Shown here piece after piece: positions 12,961 through 24,905 of a stretch of DNA of 64,000 nucleotides. Position 1 is the first letter of the stretch; the number at the start of each line of letters is the position of its first letter. The stretch comes from Elsinoe ampelina. Lineage: Eukaryota. Under the pieces are notes generated by a model. That model did not search any database and was not told the origin of the DNA. It saw only the letters and a program-made list of their open reading frames with translations. Location: assembly GCA_010093995.1 (NCBI GenBank), contig ML992507.1, forward strand, positions 1 to 64,000, in the 5' to 3' direction. The translations under genes were made by a program, and so were the position numbers.

Positions 12961-13588
12961 GGGGTCGAGAGGAGGGTGAGTGAGGTCAGGGGGAAGGAGG
13001 GAGGGTGTTTGTTGTGGGTTTCGGGGCGGCGTTTGTGTCTGCATGGCTGAGGGGTGGTGTCTGTTTTGGTAGGGTTACGTTTTGCTTGCGGTTTTGTGCG
13101 GGTGTTCTTTGCGGATATTGCATTGGCGTTTTGGTGCTGAGTCGGTTGTGTTTTTCTTGTCTCACTTGCGGATTCTGTTTGCTTTACGGTGTTTGTATAA
13201 TCCTACCAGAACTTGTTTGCCATGAGGTCCACTTTTGACCGGATTTAGAATTGTCACTGACAGCTGGTAGGTACAACCCAACAACGAGAAGGCAGAGACT
13301 GTTGACCTAGAGAACAGATCACCATACGTCACAGCGATTTGATTGTATCGGATCTCGCTTGTGGGTTCAGGTTGGCCGAGCCCATCCACTTTGCCTTGTC
13401 ATCACCATTGTTTCCGGACTCAGATTTACATCAAGCCAATGTGAAAACATCAGGTTATAAGGCAACGCATCGAACGATATATCATCTTTCCAGTTCAGTG
13501 TCCTCTTTCGATTTCCGGAACATCAACCGTAGACCGTCTTCACACCAAAATCCACCTCGTATCCGCGCTGGCAGCGGAGACGAACAAC

Positions 13589-15754
13589 ATGTCGGTACAC
13601 TCATACTACACCAGATCAAAAGCTTCGGACCAAAGCTCCATCCACGGACTCGACAATGGAGTATCATCACCAAGCTCCGTAGCTGGTATCGAAATTGTCC
13701 GCTCTTCCGGGACCCTTGCGGTTGCAAGTCGCTGTTCACCCACCACGCCTGACGATGTGCTTGTCTTTCACGAGATTGATCCCAATGTCATCCATGTTCG
13801 CGGGCTTCAATCCATTCGATATGCTGGGCCATCTCATCTTCTCACGACGCTGGAGCATGCCATCACTTCTGGTTCTCTCATTCACCGCTCGATCGCCCCA
13901 CTTTCCGTCCCCATTTCACGGCAGGCCACGAGAGTCCTCGAACATGACTTGAGATGTATCATCCAGTCCGTCTTGGTCGTTGTCGCTGCTGTCGCTCTGG
14001 AATGCAAGAAGACAGTTCCCCCGATCATTCACCTTGCCAACAGTGTTGCAGCTGAGTTGCAGCGCATGTGTAACAATTCGGATCAACCTCTCGACGCGAT
14101 CTTCAGGGATGAGATAAGCTTGCTCCAGACATTGCAGGTATTGGTCAAGATTACTTCTGAGCAGATGGCTCTCTCCAACATCTCGCCCCTTCGGATTGGT
14201 ATATTGACCCGCGTACCGGACGAGCTCATCTACCATGTCCAGTCAGACATTGCTGCTGTCGAAGGATCAGTCGTCACAGTGTGGTTATATTGCGAGAAGG
14301 ACCAGGGTCACAACATCTCCGCCGTTTTGCCAATCGCCCCACGTCACATCACGGAACATCTCAATGCGTTTGGCGCCACGGAATCTGGTGAGATCCAGTA
14401 CCATGCTCAGAAAAGCATACAGGGTTCGGAAGATTCAGACCTCTCATACCATTCTGCAGTATCGAGACTGAAGCGATCTCGCGATATGGATGATGCTCGC
14501 ACGGAGGAAGGAGCTTTTGAAAGGAGGAGGCTTGAATGGCAGGAATCGGGAGATCTTGTCACCCGCTGCGTTGATCTATCCCAGGAGCTGACTGCTGAAG
14601 AGATTCTACAGAATCATCCAGACAAGCTTCTCGGTAATAACTTGCTCAGGGTTGCACTATTCTATTCCGACACCAACATACAGCGACACAGGGAGGCCAA
14701 ATTCTACTCGGCAGCCGAACCGCACCAAAAGAAACGTCCTTGTGTCGCTCGAGATGTCTCTAGGGCCATCCAGTCTCTGGCCAAAGAAGTCGGTATGGAG
14801 GAAGTGTGGGCGGACCCCGAAACGAAGACTACCCTTCTTCTTCTAGCAGAGTTCAACATGGCTCGCAGGATCGGTGGCGTCAAAGATGCAAACACGGTTC
14901 TATCCGATGAATACCTCGCGCAACGACAGATCCACAAAGACACTCTGAAGCAAGCCATGCAAAGTCTTTGGACCTGGCCACCAAAGGGCCCTGTCGCCGC
15001 TGCCACTCGAAGCCACACAAGAGATATGGTCCAGTGCCATGAGAACCAGATGTTCGATTATCGAGTCGATGCGTACAAGTCAGCGAAGAAGGACATGATC
15101 GAGGAGTTCAGGAAGGGCCCAAGCCTTGATCGAGCTGTGATGGAGCAAGCTGAGACAAACATCTCAGCCCTGAACGTCATGAGAGGTACTCGCGCGATCG
15201 TGAACAGTCAATTCGACGAGGGCCTCGAAAGTCCTGCACCAACATCTCATCAGCTCGACCACGTCTCTGTAAGCCAATTGGACAGTCCTCGCAGTCAGCC
15301 AGCAACAGTTTACGATCAGAGCCCTCAGCTACAACACAGTCTCATCAACATGCCAGTCAACGCACCCCCGTTCTCTCCCATGCAGCCGTCACCGATCCAT
15401 CCTCCCCAGCTCCAGCAACCTGAATCCCAAGGGACCCAGACCCATCAACCTCTACTACCCTCAAAGGCCGAAGTACGTGAGATCAGAGCCAGTCTCAGGG
15501 GAGTCAAGAGCGCCTTCGGGCACTCCAACGACGATCCCAGCCGCCCACGCCGTCTCCGTAAAATCTACACCTCGCACAGCATGATCTTACCACCCCCGGC
15601 TCCTCGCTCGGTCCACTCCGAGCCGACACGGGCTGCTGAAGCATTGGCTGATGGACCTCCATCACCAAGCGACACGGAGAAGATGCTCAACGCCTATATC
15701 CCGTCTCCCGATGACAATTCTGAAAGGGCGATGTGGATGAGGCAATTCTATTGA
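13589..15754 (+). CDS. Hypothetical protein (721 aa; orphan paralog C)
   Basis: Long ORF with an ATG start and a Pro/Gln/Ser-rich C-terminus; no recognised family. Confidence 0.7.
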   Translation: MSVHSYYTRSKASDQSSIHGLDNGVSSPSSVAGIEIVRSSGTLAVASRCSPTTPDDVLVFHEIDPNVIHVRGLQSIRYAGPSHLLTTLEHAITSGSLIHRSIAPLSVPISRQATRVLEHDLRCIIQSVLVVVAAVALECKKTVPPIIHLANSVAAELQRMCNNSDQPLDAIFRDEISLLQTLQVLVKITSEQMALSNISPLRIGILTRVPDELIYHVQSDIAAVEGSVVTVWLYCEKDQGHNISAVLPIAPRHITEHLNAFGATESGEIQYHAQKSIQGSEDSDLSYHSAVSRLKRSRDMDDARTEEGAFERRRLEWQESGDLVTRCVDLSQELTAEEILQNHPDKLLGNNLLRVALFYSDTNIQRHREAKFYSAAEPHQKKRPCVARDVSRAIQSLAKEVGMEEVWADPETKTTLLLLAEFNMARRIGGVKDANTVLSDEYLAQRQIHKDTLKQAMQSLWTWPPKGPVAAATRSHTRDMVQCHENQMFDYRVDAYKSAKKDMIEEFRKGPSLDRAVMEQAETNISALNVMRGTRAIVNSQFDEGLESPAPTSHQLDHVSVSQLDSPRSQPATVYDQSPQLQHSLINMPVNAPPFSPMQPSPIHPPQLQQPESQGTQTHQPLLPSKAEVREIRASLRGVKSAFGHSNDDPSRPRRLRKIYTSHSMILPPPAPRSVHSEPTRAAEALADGPPSPSDTEKMLNAYIPSPDDNSERAMWMRQFY

Positions 15755-17191
15755 TGCGGCGAGCAGGGAGAGAACGAGAGGCTGGGATTGAAGGTCGGGA
15801 TATGCCAGGGGTGAATTTTTGGGTATGTCAAACCCAGAGCTGGACTCTGAAGAGAGATGGATAATGGGCAGATGATCGTACGGAGCAAAACTATAGTAAT
15901 GTCTAATCGTAATGTATAATCAACACAATCTCACCTCAAAATCCTCCCTTGCCAAGTTCACCGACGTCCATTTATCCTCCCATCCTTCTCGCCATACCCA
16001 CCCGCTACCAGTCATGCAGAATGTACCCTCCCCTGTTCTCTTCTTCTGACCACGAGCTGCACCCAATCAGCCGCCGTCCTTCACTTCTTCCTCGTATTCT
16101 CGATCTCGTCGAGCAGCTTGGCGATCTTACGGTCAGCTGTCCTCCTGCGGTCCAGATCGCCCCTGAGTGCATCGACAAGCACGCCATTCTTTCGTCCAGA
16201 TGTCCTTCGGCGGTCGAGGAATTTGTCGCTTTTTGTGCTTTTTGCTCTAAGCCAGATCAGGGAGAGTGGTTGGATGAGTAGTCGCGTGGAGAAAGGTTGA
16301 TGGGCTGCCACTTGGAGGGGGAGGATTCGGCAAATGGTTGGCGGCATGGTGTGGTCTTGGGAACAGGCTCCTCCGGATGCCTGAAGGGAATGAACAAGTG
16401 GTGGAATCCTTGGAGGAGTTTCTGGTGAGCCTGGGTGGTAGACATGCTTGCCATATAATCCTGCCAGCGCGGGTGCCAGTCACCGCAAGCATGCATTGGT
16501 ATGTTTGAACAAAGGACAAATAGAACAAAGAGTCTCGTCAACGAGCCGGACGCGGAGTGCGGCCCCAGACAACAATGGCGAAGACCTGGATGGTGGAGTA
16601 GTTAGTCATAGAGTCTAATTGGGACAATATGGTAGAGACTCAGATATACCAGTGAGACTGCAAGCATGAGCAGCAACGTGACGTTCTGTATCGCCATCCA
16701 GCCGGCAAGCAGCATTACCAGACATTGTCCAGTACCCGAAAACTTTTGCACGAATGGGATGTCCAGGCTATCCAGTAAGTCAGATCGTACTCCAGACCTC
16801 TCACTGCAGATGCGAGGTGGTAGTATGTAGCCAGCAAAGGTCGCAGCCAGCGGACAGACGGCCCACATTCCTCGTGGCGCTGAATGCGGAAGGGAATCCC
16901 GGGCGGCGCTTGGCAAGGTACCAGTAAGCTGGAAGTATCCACCAGGTCTTGTAGAATGTTGGAGGTCTTGAGTACCGACGGAGATTGTGGTAGTATTCGG
17001 TGATCTGTGAAGTAAGGTAGGTTGGGAAAGCTAGCCAAGTAGTTGGCTGGCGCTGGTACATGTTCTGGTAGTTCCAGGGCAAGTTGCCTACCAGAATGGC
17101 CATCAACATCAGCGGACACGCATGCCTGGCAAGCGCACCTGGTACTTCAAAGCAATGCATTCTACAAGCGCTATACTATATTACACCGTGA

Positions 17192-20100
17192 TCACTGCGC
17201 CGCAGCCACCGGTCTCCCCTGCCATTTGGCAATGAGTTCCTCTCGCTTCTTCTCCACGGCCTTCCTCTGTTCCGCCTTGATGCGCTCCTTCTCGGCCTGG
17301 ATCTCAGCTTCCTTCGCTTGGCGCCGCTGCTCGTCACGTGCCTCTTGCTCGGGCCGACGCAAAGCGATATCGCGCGGTTTATAATCGCTGAAGGCACGTT
17401 TGAACCCCTTCTCGATGGCCCAGCAGACGGCATAGTCCAATGCCATAGTAGTTGTCAAAGTAAACTTGAACTCGGAAGTGAATGGTACGAGCTTGAGCTG
17501 ACTATTGATCTCGGGGATGAATTCTGTAGCACAAGAGAAGGCAATGCCAGTCACGACCAAGATGCCGTAGTACATCATTCTGTTCTCTCTGATGGATTCG
17601 CGGAAAGGCCGACCTTGGTAGTTGATGGAGAAAGTCGAGATCTGCTGAATGAGCTGGAGAAGATAGATGGCTGAGTTGAGGAGCGAAGGCTTGAACTCTT
17701 TCTCCAGATCAATATTGTCCTCCTTTGGCTCCACGCGCTGTACATAACGCGAAATGTATATGAGAGTGACAATGTGTACGGCGAATTGACCAAGGACAGA
17801 TCCGATGATGTACGGGTTGAAGATATTGTTCTGTGGGCGCTCCCGGGAGAGCTGCTCGACTGGCTTGGCCCTGGAAATGGACAGGAAGCACACAGACATG
17901 AGCATACCACTGATGGTGACTTGTCCGTCGCCAAATTTGATGCCATCGAGATAGAGGACCGACAAAGAGTAGGCGCTGATTAAGCAGTTCAAGGCAAGGA
18001 TCTTGTACATCTGAATCGTAGCAACGAGTGTGCAGCGTCCTTGACGGATGATATTAGGAATGGCGATGACATTGGAGAGTTTGCTGGTGAATGGTGCCGC
18101 AACCGATGCGTCGCCAAGCTTGATCGTGGGCGGCTCGTCGTCATTGAGTTGCTCCTCCATCATGGCCAAAGTCATCTTCTCAGCCAGAGCGTTCGCAGCA
18201 TTCTGTGCCTTCTCCTTGCGGATTTCCTGAACGGTTTTGCTTTCGTCGGCATCTTGGGCAGGTTCGATGGTGCCGTTCGTGCCATTTGTTTCGACCTTGG
18301 CTGGCGGATCTGCGAGGCCAGTTGGTTTGCCATTGGCACCTTGAAGTGCGGCAGTAGCAGCTGTCAAAACGTTGCTCTTGTACTGCTGCTCCCGCTCCAT
18401 GGCTTTCTCGTAGTGTGGGTTCGTGGGTCCTGGAGGGTATAGATGAGCGATATGAACAGGGACCGGTGGAGCTGGCTGGTTGAAGCGCTTCATCATGCTG
18501 ACTTGCTTCTCGTATACCTCTTTCATTTTGGTCTCGCGGAAATGCTTGCCAATCTTCTCCATATCCTGTTGGGTACCGTTGAGGAGGGCCACACCGATGT
18601 GAGCCTGCTTCAAAGCCCCAACATCGTTGGTACCGTCACCAGCCATGAGAGTGTTGTATCCCATTTCTTTGAGGCCAAGCAAGATTTCTTCTTTCTGTTT
18701 CGGCGCGACGCGGGCGTAGACCCAGGTATGGCGGAGGATCTGTTGGAATGCGGGCTTACCAGAAAACTTGGCCAAGGCGTATCCAGTGACGCACAGGTCA
18801 TGATCCTTCAGAATCTTGGCATCAATTTTCTCGTCGGGGTTCACAGGGATGCTGGTCTTGTCATCCACACTTCGCCAGACGATCTTGGTGCCGGAAGTGT
18901 CATTCTCAGGTGCATCGAGGATCAAGGTTTCTCTGTCCACGATCTCGACCGTTTTGGCGACATGCACAGCAGTGAGAGGGTTGTCCCCAGTAATCATGAC
19001 GCAACGGTGGCTGCTCTCGTTGAGCATCCGGATGGCCTTGATTGCATCGTCTTTGAGCGGACATTGGACAACGAGGAACCCAGCAAAGGTGAGCTTAGAC
19101 TCCACTTCCTCACGCTTTAAGTCGTTGATCTTCTTCTGGCTGATTTCGTCGTTCGTGGAAAGGTACTTGTAAGCGAGAGCGAGAACACGTGCGCCGTTCC
19201 GCGAGAAGTACTTGAATGTCTCTTCGTACTTGTCCGGGACGTCGACGAGCATGTTGCGAATGGTTTCTGGGGCACCCTTGACACCAGCAAAAGAATGCTT
19301 GTTCTTCTTGCCGGTTTCAGGATTGGTAGTAACGACAGTGGCGACTGAACTTTGACGCTTGAGAGATGACGAGAACTGGAATCGTCGCTTTATCTGGACC
19401 ATGTCCGCGTATCCACTCTCCAAGCCCGCACTTCTCGCGGAACTGGCGTATTTGCTAGTAAGAGTATCGTTCTTGCCCAGGTTCCAGCCCAAAGACTGCA
19501 GGGTAGCTTTCTCCATAGGTTCGCCAACAATGTCTCCTTCATCGAGCTTGACCAGAGCGTGAGCGGTTGCCAGGACCAAAGTCGTATTCACACCAGTCTC
19601 GACGAGTGGTGCTAGTTGAGTCTGAGCGCCATCTTTCTCTGCTTTCTTATCAGGCTTTCCGAGACCAAGGCCAGCAATGCCATCCACGACCAAGTCTTCA
19701 CCAGTCAATGTTCCGGTCTTGTCGAAACAAGCTACGTCTACACGACCAGCGAATGGGATCCTGAATGGCTCGGTGCAGAAGATGGCGTATTTACTGAGTG
19801 CAGCAAGTGAAGTATTGACCGCCAGACTGAGCTCCATTGGTAACTCGGGAGGAACCACGCTAGTGACGATGAGAACACAGTCCAATAACAGCTTTGATCG
19901 TTTCCGGTCTTTGGCCACACCCTCTTTCCAGACGTACCAAGATGCTGCGATAGCGAAGAGGGTAAGAAAGAGGATAAAGAGGAGAGCTTCGACATTATTG
20001 GCGGAGACACGTTCGGTGGAGTAGATCATGGTTCTGACCAGGCTTCCCTGACTTGTTTCAAAACCGGTCTTGGTGACGACAGCCATTGCACCTTTGTCGG

Positions 20101-21272
20101 GGGGAGGAGGCACGCCAGACGACACCCGTGGGATGTTCTCTTGGCCATCCTCAGAAGCGGTACCGTGAGCTACCTGAAGGACCTTGGTGCCGCCGAAAAG
20201 GAAGGCGTTCTTGTCCAATCCATCTGGTTCGATGTGGGCCTCACCGGGTCTGAGTTGAATTGAATCTTTCAGGACGGGTGTACTTTCTCCTGAAAGCATA
20301 GCTTCGTTGACGATCGCTGTGCCTTCTACCAGTACCATATCGCATGCGACCCCGCTGTCCTCTTTCGTCCGATTCACGGAGACCAGATCGCCAGGGAGTA
20401 GGTGGTCACTTTCGATTTCGATCCATTCTTTGCCGCGGTATGCCCAGATAGGGTAGGGCTTGATGGTCATGCCCCTGAATTCGCCAAGAGTTCTTTGCCT
20501 TTGCCACACCACAGTGCTCTCAAAGACGACGAGCATGAACAGGGTGAAAAGTGAGTAGTACCAGTACTCATCCAGCATCCACAAACCAACACAAAAAAGC
20601 TGGAAAATGAAAAAGGGTGCTACTGCATGCTCCTGGAAAAGTTCCATGAAGGATGGGACAGGTATATCGAAGGTGTTGGGTCCGTAGTTCTGAAGCAAGC
20701 CGGTAACTTGGGATTGTGTGCCAAGACCCTGCGACTCTTGAAACTCGCGAATCAGCGGCTTGGGCTCCTTGTCCAGAGCGTATGACAAGGTCTTGAATGT
20801 GCGTTGTTCCGGAGAGTAGATGAATCGTCTCTTCTGGAACAAGAAACTCGTCATGCGCTTCCCCCCGACCATGTCGCGCTGGATACGACATATCTCTGCA
20901 ATACCAGCATTTTCTGTCGGAAGAATCTTGATCAGAGTTGCGTCTTCCACTCTTGATGCGCGGGTTGTCTTGAAGGCTGACTGTATACCGATGTTCCAGA
21001 ACGTGGAGAGGAAAAGTAGCGCTTGCGTGGTGAAGATGGAACCGCTCCAGACGAATGTCCACTCTTGCCCATTGATGTACTTCTCGTATCGTTCCTCGCT
21101 GAGATAAAAGGCGAAAAAGGCGGGCCAGATAACCAAGAAGGGCCAGATGTAGGTATGTAATGCGAGAGGTAGCGGATTATGAAGCGAAGCCGACTTGACC
21201 TGTGGACTGTCCACAAGAGGCGCCCTGAAGGATTAGCATCTTTCCTCGATAGCCTTGATGATCTGCTCACAT
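17192..21272 (-). CDS. SPF1: P5A-type ATPase (Spf1/ATP13A1)
   Basis: PPELP, DKTGTLT (phospho-Asp), KGAPE, MITGD, MAGDGTNDVGALK and RQGRCTLV motifs; ~1344 aa; N-terminus MAPLVDSPQ after removing intron 21225-21270. Confidence 0.95.
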
Positions 21273-21566
21273 GTCGACCACTCCGATATCCTAATTCTCC
21301 GAGAATTTCGTTGTTGGATGAAGATACGTTTCCCTCGATGACCTCTAAACTTTCGACAGCTGGATTAGCCGGCAAGACGCCGACGGATTTAGTACGGAGA
21401 TAACAATTTGAGCTCCCCTCGCACAACTTCTGTGTCATAGCCTCATACATCCTTGACTCACAGGCACGCACAACTACGCAAACAAACGATTCGGGGCTCG
21501 AAGCTGCCACTTCATCACGTCTGGGAAATCTCTAGGATATTCCACGCGACATTGGTACCACACAAC

Positions 21567-23663
21567 ATGGCGGAACCTGTCCCCACCGAGGAGCCCAAGG
21601 TGTCCAAGAGAGCTGCCGAAAAAGCAGCAAAAAAGGCTGCGGCAAAGGCAAAGAAAGATGCGTCAAGATCAGAGCAGCCAAAGACTGAGACAGGTCCTAA
21701 AGTAATAGATCCAAATGCAAAATTCAGGGAAGGTTGGCTGCGAGGCGTGTACAAGGAGAAGCCGGTCAAGGACGTTCATACTCGTTTTCCACCAGAGCCA
21801 AATGGCTATCTTCACATTGGGCATGCGAAAGCCATTACGGTCAACTTTGGTTTCGCAAAGGCATACGATGGGGTCTGCAACCTACGATTTGACGACACCA
21901 ATCCGGCGAAAGAAGAAGAGCGATATTTTACCTCGATCAAGGAGATGGTCGCATGGCTTGGATTCACGCCTCACAAGATTACCTACAGCAGCGACGAGTT
22001 TGATGAGCTCTACCGCCTTGCCGAAGAGCTCATCAAGAAGGACAAGGCATACGTCTGTTTCTGCTCTCCCAAGGAAGTCTTGGCAAATCGAGGAGGCAAG
22101 AAAGGGGATGCCGGTCCCCGAGTTGCTTGTGAACACTGGAGTCTGCCGACAGAGAGGTCTCTCGAGGAGTTCAGAGCTATGCGTGACGGCAAATACCAGC
22201 AGGGAGAGGCGCATCTGAGAATGAAAATGTTCTTGGCAACAAAACCCGAAGAGTACGAGATCAACGAGGACGATACACCCGAGATTAAAGCATCAAAGAG
22301 GAAGATCGCAGCAGCCTCCAAGAATCCAGCCATGTGGGACGTTGCAGCGTACCGGATCAAGAAGGAAAACCACCATCACAGGACTGGAGACAAGTGGAGA
22401 ATCTATCCTACGTACGAGTTCACGCATTGCATCGTGGATAGTCTGGAGGGTATCACGCATTCACTCTGCACCGTCGAATTCGAATCTTTACGACCTGCCT
22501 ACAATTGGCTCTTGGAACAGCTCGATCACAAGATTCCTGACTCGGATGAGAAGGGTCCAATGCAGCGCGAATACGGAAGATTGAACGTGGAGGGAACCAT
22601 CTTGTCCAAGCGAAGGATTCAGATGCTAGTGGAGGGCGCAACTTTCGACGTGGAGGCTCAGAAGTCGACCTGCGAACTTACAGAAGCGGCGGAGAAGATG
22701 AATTTGGCAGAGGATGGTGAAGAGGATCCGGAGGAGGATGAACCGGTCACGAACACGGCAAGCACAGGCGGTCGTAAGATCCCTCCGGTGGTGCGGGACT
22801 GGGATGATCCAAGGCTGTTCACACTGGTCGCCTTGCGGAGACGAGGTGTGCCACCAGGGGCGCTCAAGAAATTCGTTCTGGATCTCGGTGTCACAAAGGC
22901 GCTCACAGACGTGAAAATGCACATTCTGGACGCCACGATACGGACCTACCTCGAGCGAACTGTACCACGACTTCTGCTTGTGCTCGATCCAATCAAGGTC
23001 ATCATCGAGAATCTACCCGATGACCATGTTGACGAACGAGAAATTCCTTTCGACCCGAAGGACACAGCAAAGGGAACACACAAAGTCCCTTTCACCAAGA
23101 CCATCTACATCGATCGTGATGACTTCCGCGAAGAGGATGACCCGGATTTCTTCCGCCTAGCACCTGGCAAATCGGTAGGCCTGCTGTATGCCGACCATCC
23201 CCTGAGAGCCAAGAGCTTCAAGAAGGACGAGAATGGAAAAGTGTCTGAAATCATTGCCGAGTACGGTCCAGACCTACCAGCTGGAAAGGCACGAATCCAC
23301 TGGGTTGGAGAGAGCGCCGCACATAAGAGTCCACTGAAAGCAGAGGTCCGTGTGACCAACGCTCTGTTCAAGAATCCTCGACCCAACGAGTTGGACTGGA
23401 AGACCGGAGGATACTATGACAACATCAATCCTGACAGCGAGATCATCTACTCGAATGCTCTGCTCGAGAATGGGTTCGAGGAAATCCGTGCGAGAGCGCC
23501 TTGGCCGAAAGAGGAGGGTGAAGCCGAGGGCACCACTGGAAACTACTCTGTGCGATTCCAGGGATTTAGGACGGCATTCTTCTGTCTGGACAAGGACGCG
23601 ACTGACGACAAAATCATCCTCAACAGGATTGTAAGCCTGAAGGAGGATACAGGGAAGAAGTAA
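21567..23663 (+). CDS. GLN4: Glutaminyl-tRNA synthetase
   Basis: TRFPPEPNGYLHIGHAKAI (HIGH), LRFDDTNP, IYPTY.FTH, ITHSLCT.EF, LSKR and DWDDPRL motifs. Confidence 0.93.
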   Translation: MAEPVPTEEPKVSKRAAEKAAKKAAAKAKKDASRSEQPKTETGPKVIDPNAKFREGWLRGVYKEKPVKDVHTRFPPEPNGYLHIGHAKAITVNFGFAKAYDGVCNLRFDDTNPAKEEERYFTSIKEMVAWLGFTPHKITYSSDEFDELYRLAEELIKKDKAYVCFCSPKEVLANRGGKKGDAGPRVACEHWSLPTERSLEEFRAMRDGKYQQGEAHLRMKMFLATKPEEYEINEDDTPEIKASKRKIAAASKNPAMWDVAAYRIKKENHHHRTGDKWRIYPTYEFTHCIVDSLEGITHSLCTVEFESLRPAYNWLLEQLDHKIPDSDEKGPMQREYGRLNVEGTILSKRRIQMLVEGATFDVEAQKSTCELTEAAEKMNLAEDGEEDPEEDEPVTNTASTGGRKIPPVVRDWDDPRLFTLVALRRRGVPPGALKKFVLDLGVTKALTDVKMHILDATIRTYLERTVPRLLLVLDPIKVIIENLPDDHVDEREIPFDPKDTAKGTHKVPFTKTIYIDRDDFREEDDPDFFRLAPGKSVGLLYADHPLRAKSFKKDENGKVSEIIAEYGPDLPAGKARIHWVGESAAHKSPLKAEVRVTNALFKNPRPNELDWKTGGYYDNINPDSEIIYSNALLENGFEEIRARAPWPKEEGEAEGTTGNYSVRFQGFRTAFFCLDKDATDDKIILNRIVSLKEDTGKK

Positions 23664-23808
23664 TGTACGTTGAACAGGACCAAACTAGAGATTGTAGCAT
23701 TTGAGCGCGGAGTCGAGGCACATGGTACCGTCCAGATAGAGCGCGAATGAAATTCATGATATGGTATCTCCTCGTGATATGGTCATACATAGATCTACAT
23801 GTGCATGC

Positions 23809-24668
23809 TCAGCATACTACGGCCCAGCCAAACGAACCATCAAATGACCATTCCCCAGGCTTCTCCCGCAGTCGTACCTGATCGAGACTAGGTACAATAT
23901 TCGGCTTGTATGACTGTAGTAAGATGTCCATATCCTCTTCGGTCATCTCACAGAGATCCTCCAGACTCCACTTCGTGCACACCTTGGACATCCTGTCATC
24001 GGTCAGCATCGTCCCTCAACGTGGCTAGCTTGAGACTCACCATTGCATACGCTTCATTCCCTCCTCCTGATTCGGTACCATTACCCTCAACCGCTTCCTC
24101 AACAACCCGACCTGCTGGATCGCAGCACCCATGTTGGGCGGCAGACTGGCTGCTATCCTGCGCCGCACGATATTGGCCATCTTCGGTCCATTCCCGTTTG
24201 TGCTGACCATGATCTGCAGTGGTCCGTCTCGATGCAGCGATCCAAAGTAGAAGTCACACTCCGGGGGCACATCCGCAATGTTTGCCGGTATCCGCTTCTC
24301 CTTGCACAGCTTCCATATCCTAGACGAGGCCTCGGGGTCATCGATGGCTGTGAGCACCATGATTATGGAGGGGTCGTCGAGGTCTGAAGGCTCGAAGACT
24401 CGATCGATGTACTCGACTTGGTTCTGCTCGATTCGATATGCGACTTCTGGGTTGAGGCCTTCTCGTGGGCTGATCAGTCGTACATTTGCGTCGGCATTTA
24501 GCAGGTTCAATATGCGCCCCGCTGCGACCTTCAATAGTCAGAGAGAGTGTCTTGCAATAGCTTGATCATGCTTACCTCGCCGCCTCCTACAACGAGCACT
24601 TTCTTGTTCCTCACCTGCCATGCCAGAATAAGCGACCCGCCGCCTTGCACTTCTGGAAATTTGCCCAT
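23809..24668 (-). CDS. MET8: Precorrin-2 dehydrogenase / sirohydrochlorin ferrochelatase (siroheme synthase)
   Basis: LILAWQVRNKKVLVVGGGEVAAGR, NIADVPPECDFYFG and IMVSTNGNGP motifs; two introns (~24530-24575 and ~23993-24040). Confidence 0.92.
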
Positions 24669-24905
24669 GATGCGCAGTGATAGAGAAAGAAAGAGGGACG
24701 GAGATCCGGAAATAGCTTTCACATGCTCACTTCCTTTTCCATTCTAGCGTGATCTGATAACAGATCCCCGCGAGTCATGTCCGCGACGCCTAGGTTGTCT
24801 CCGCAGCTTCACGCCCTGTGCCTGTTTCACATGTTTAGAGACTCTTAATGTCCCGAGTCACAACGAGCGGGCAGCGACGTTGCTGCTCCGCATATTCCGA
24901 GTCGC

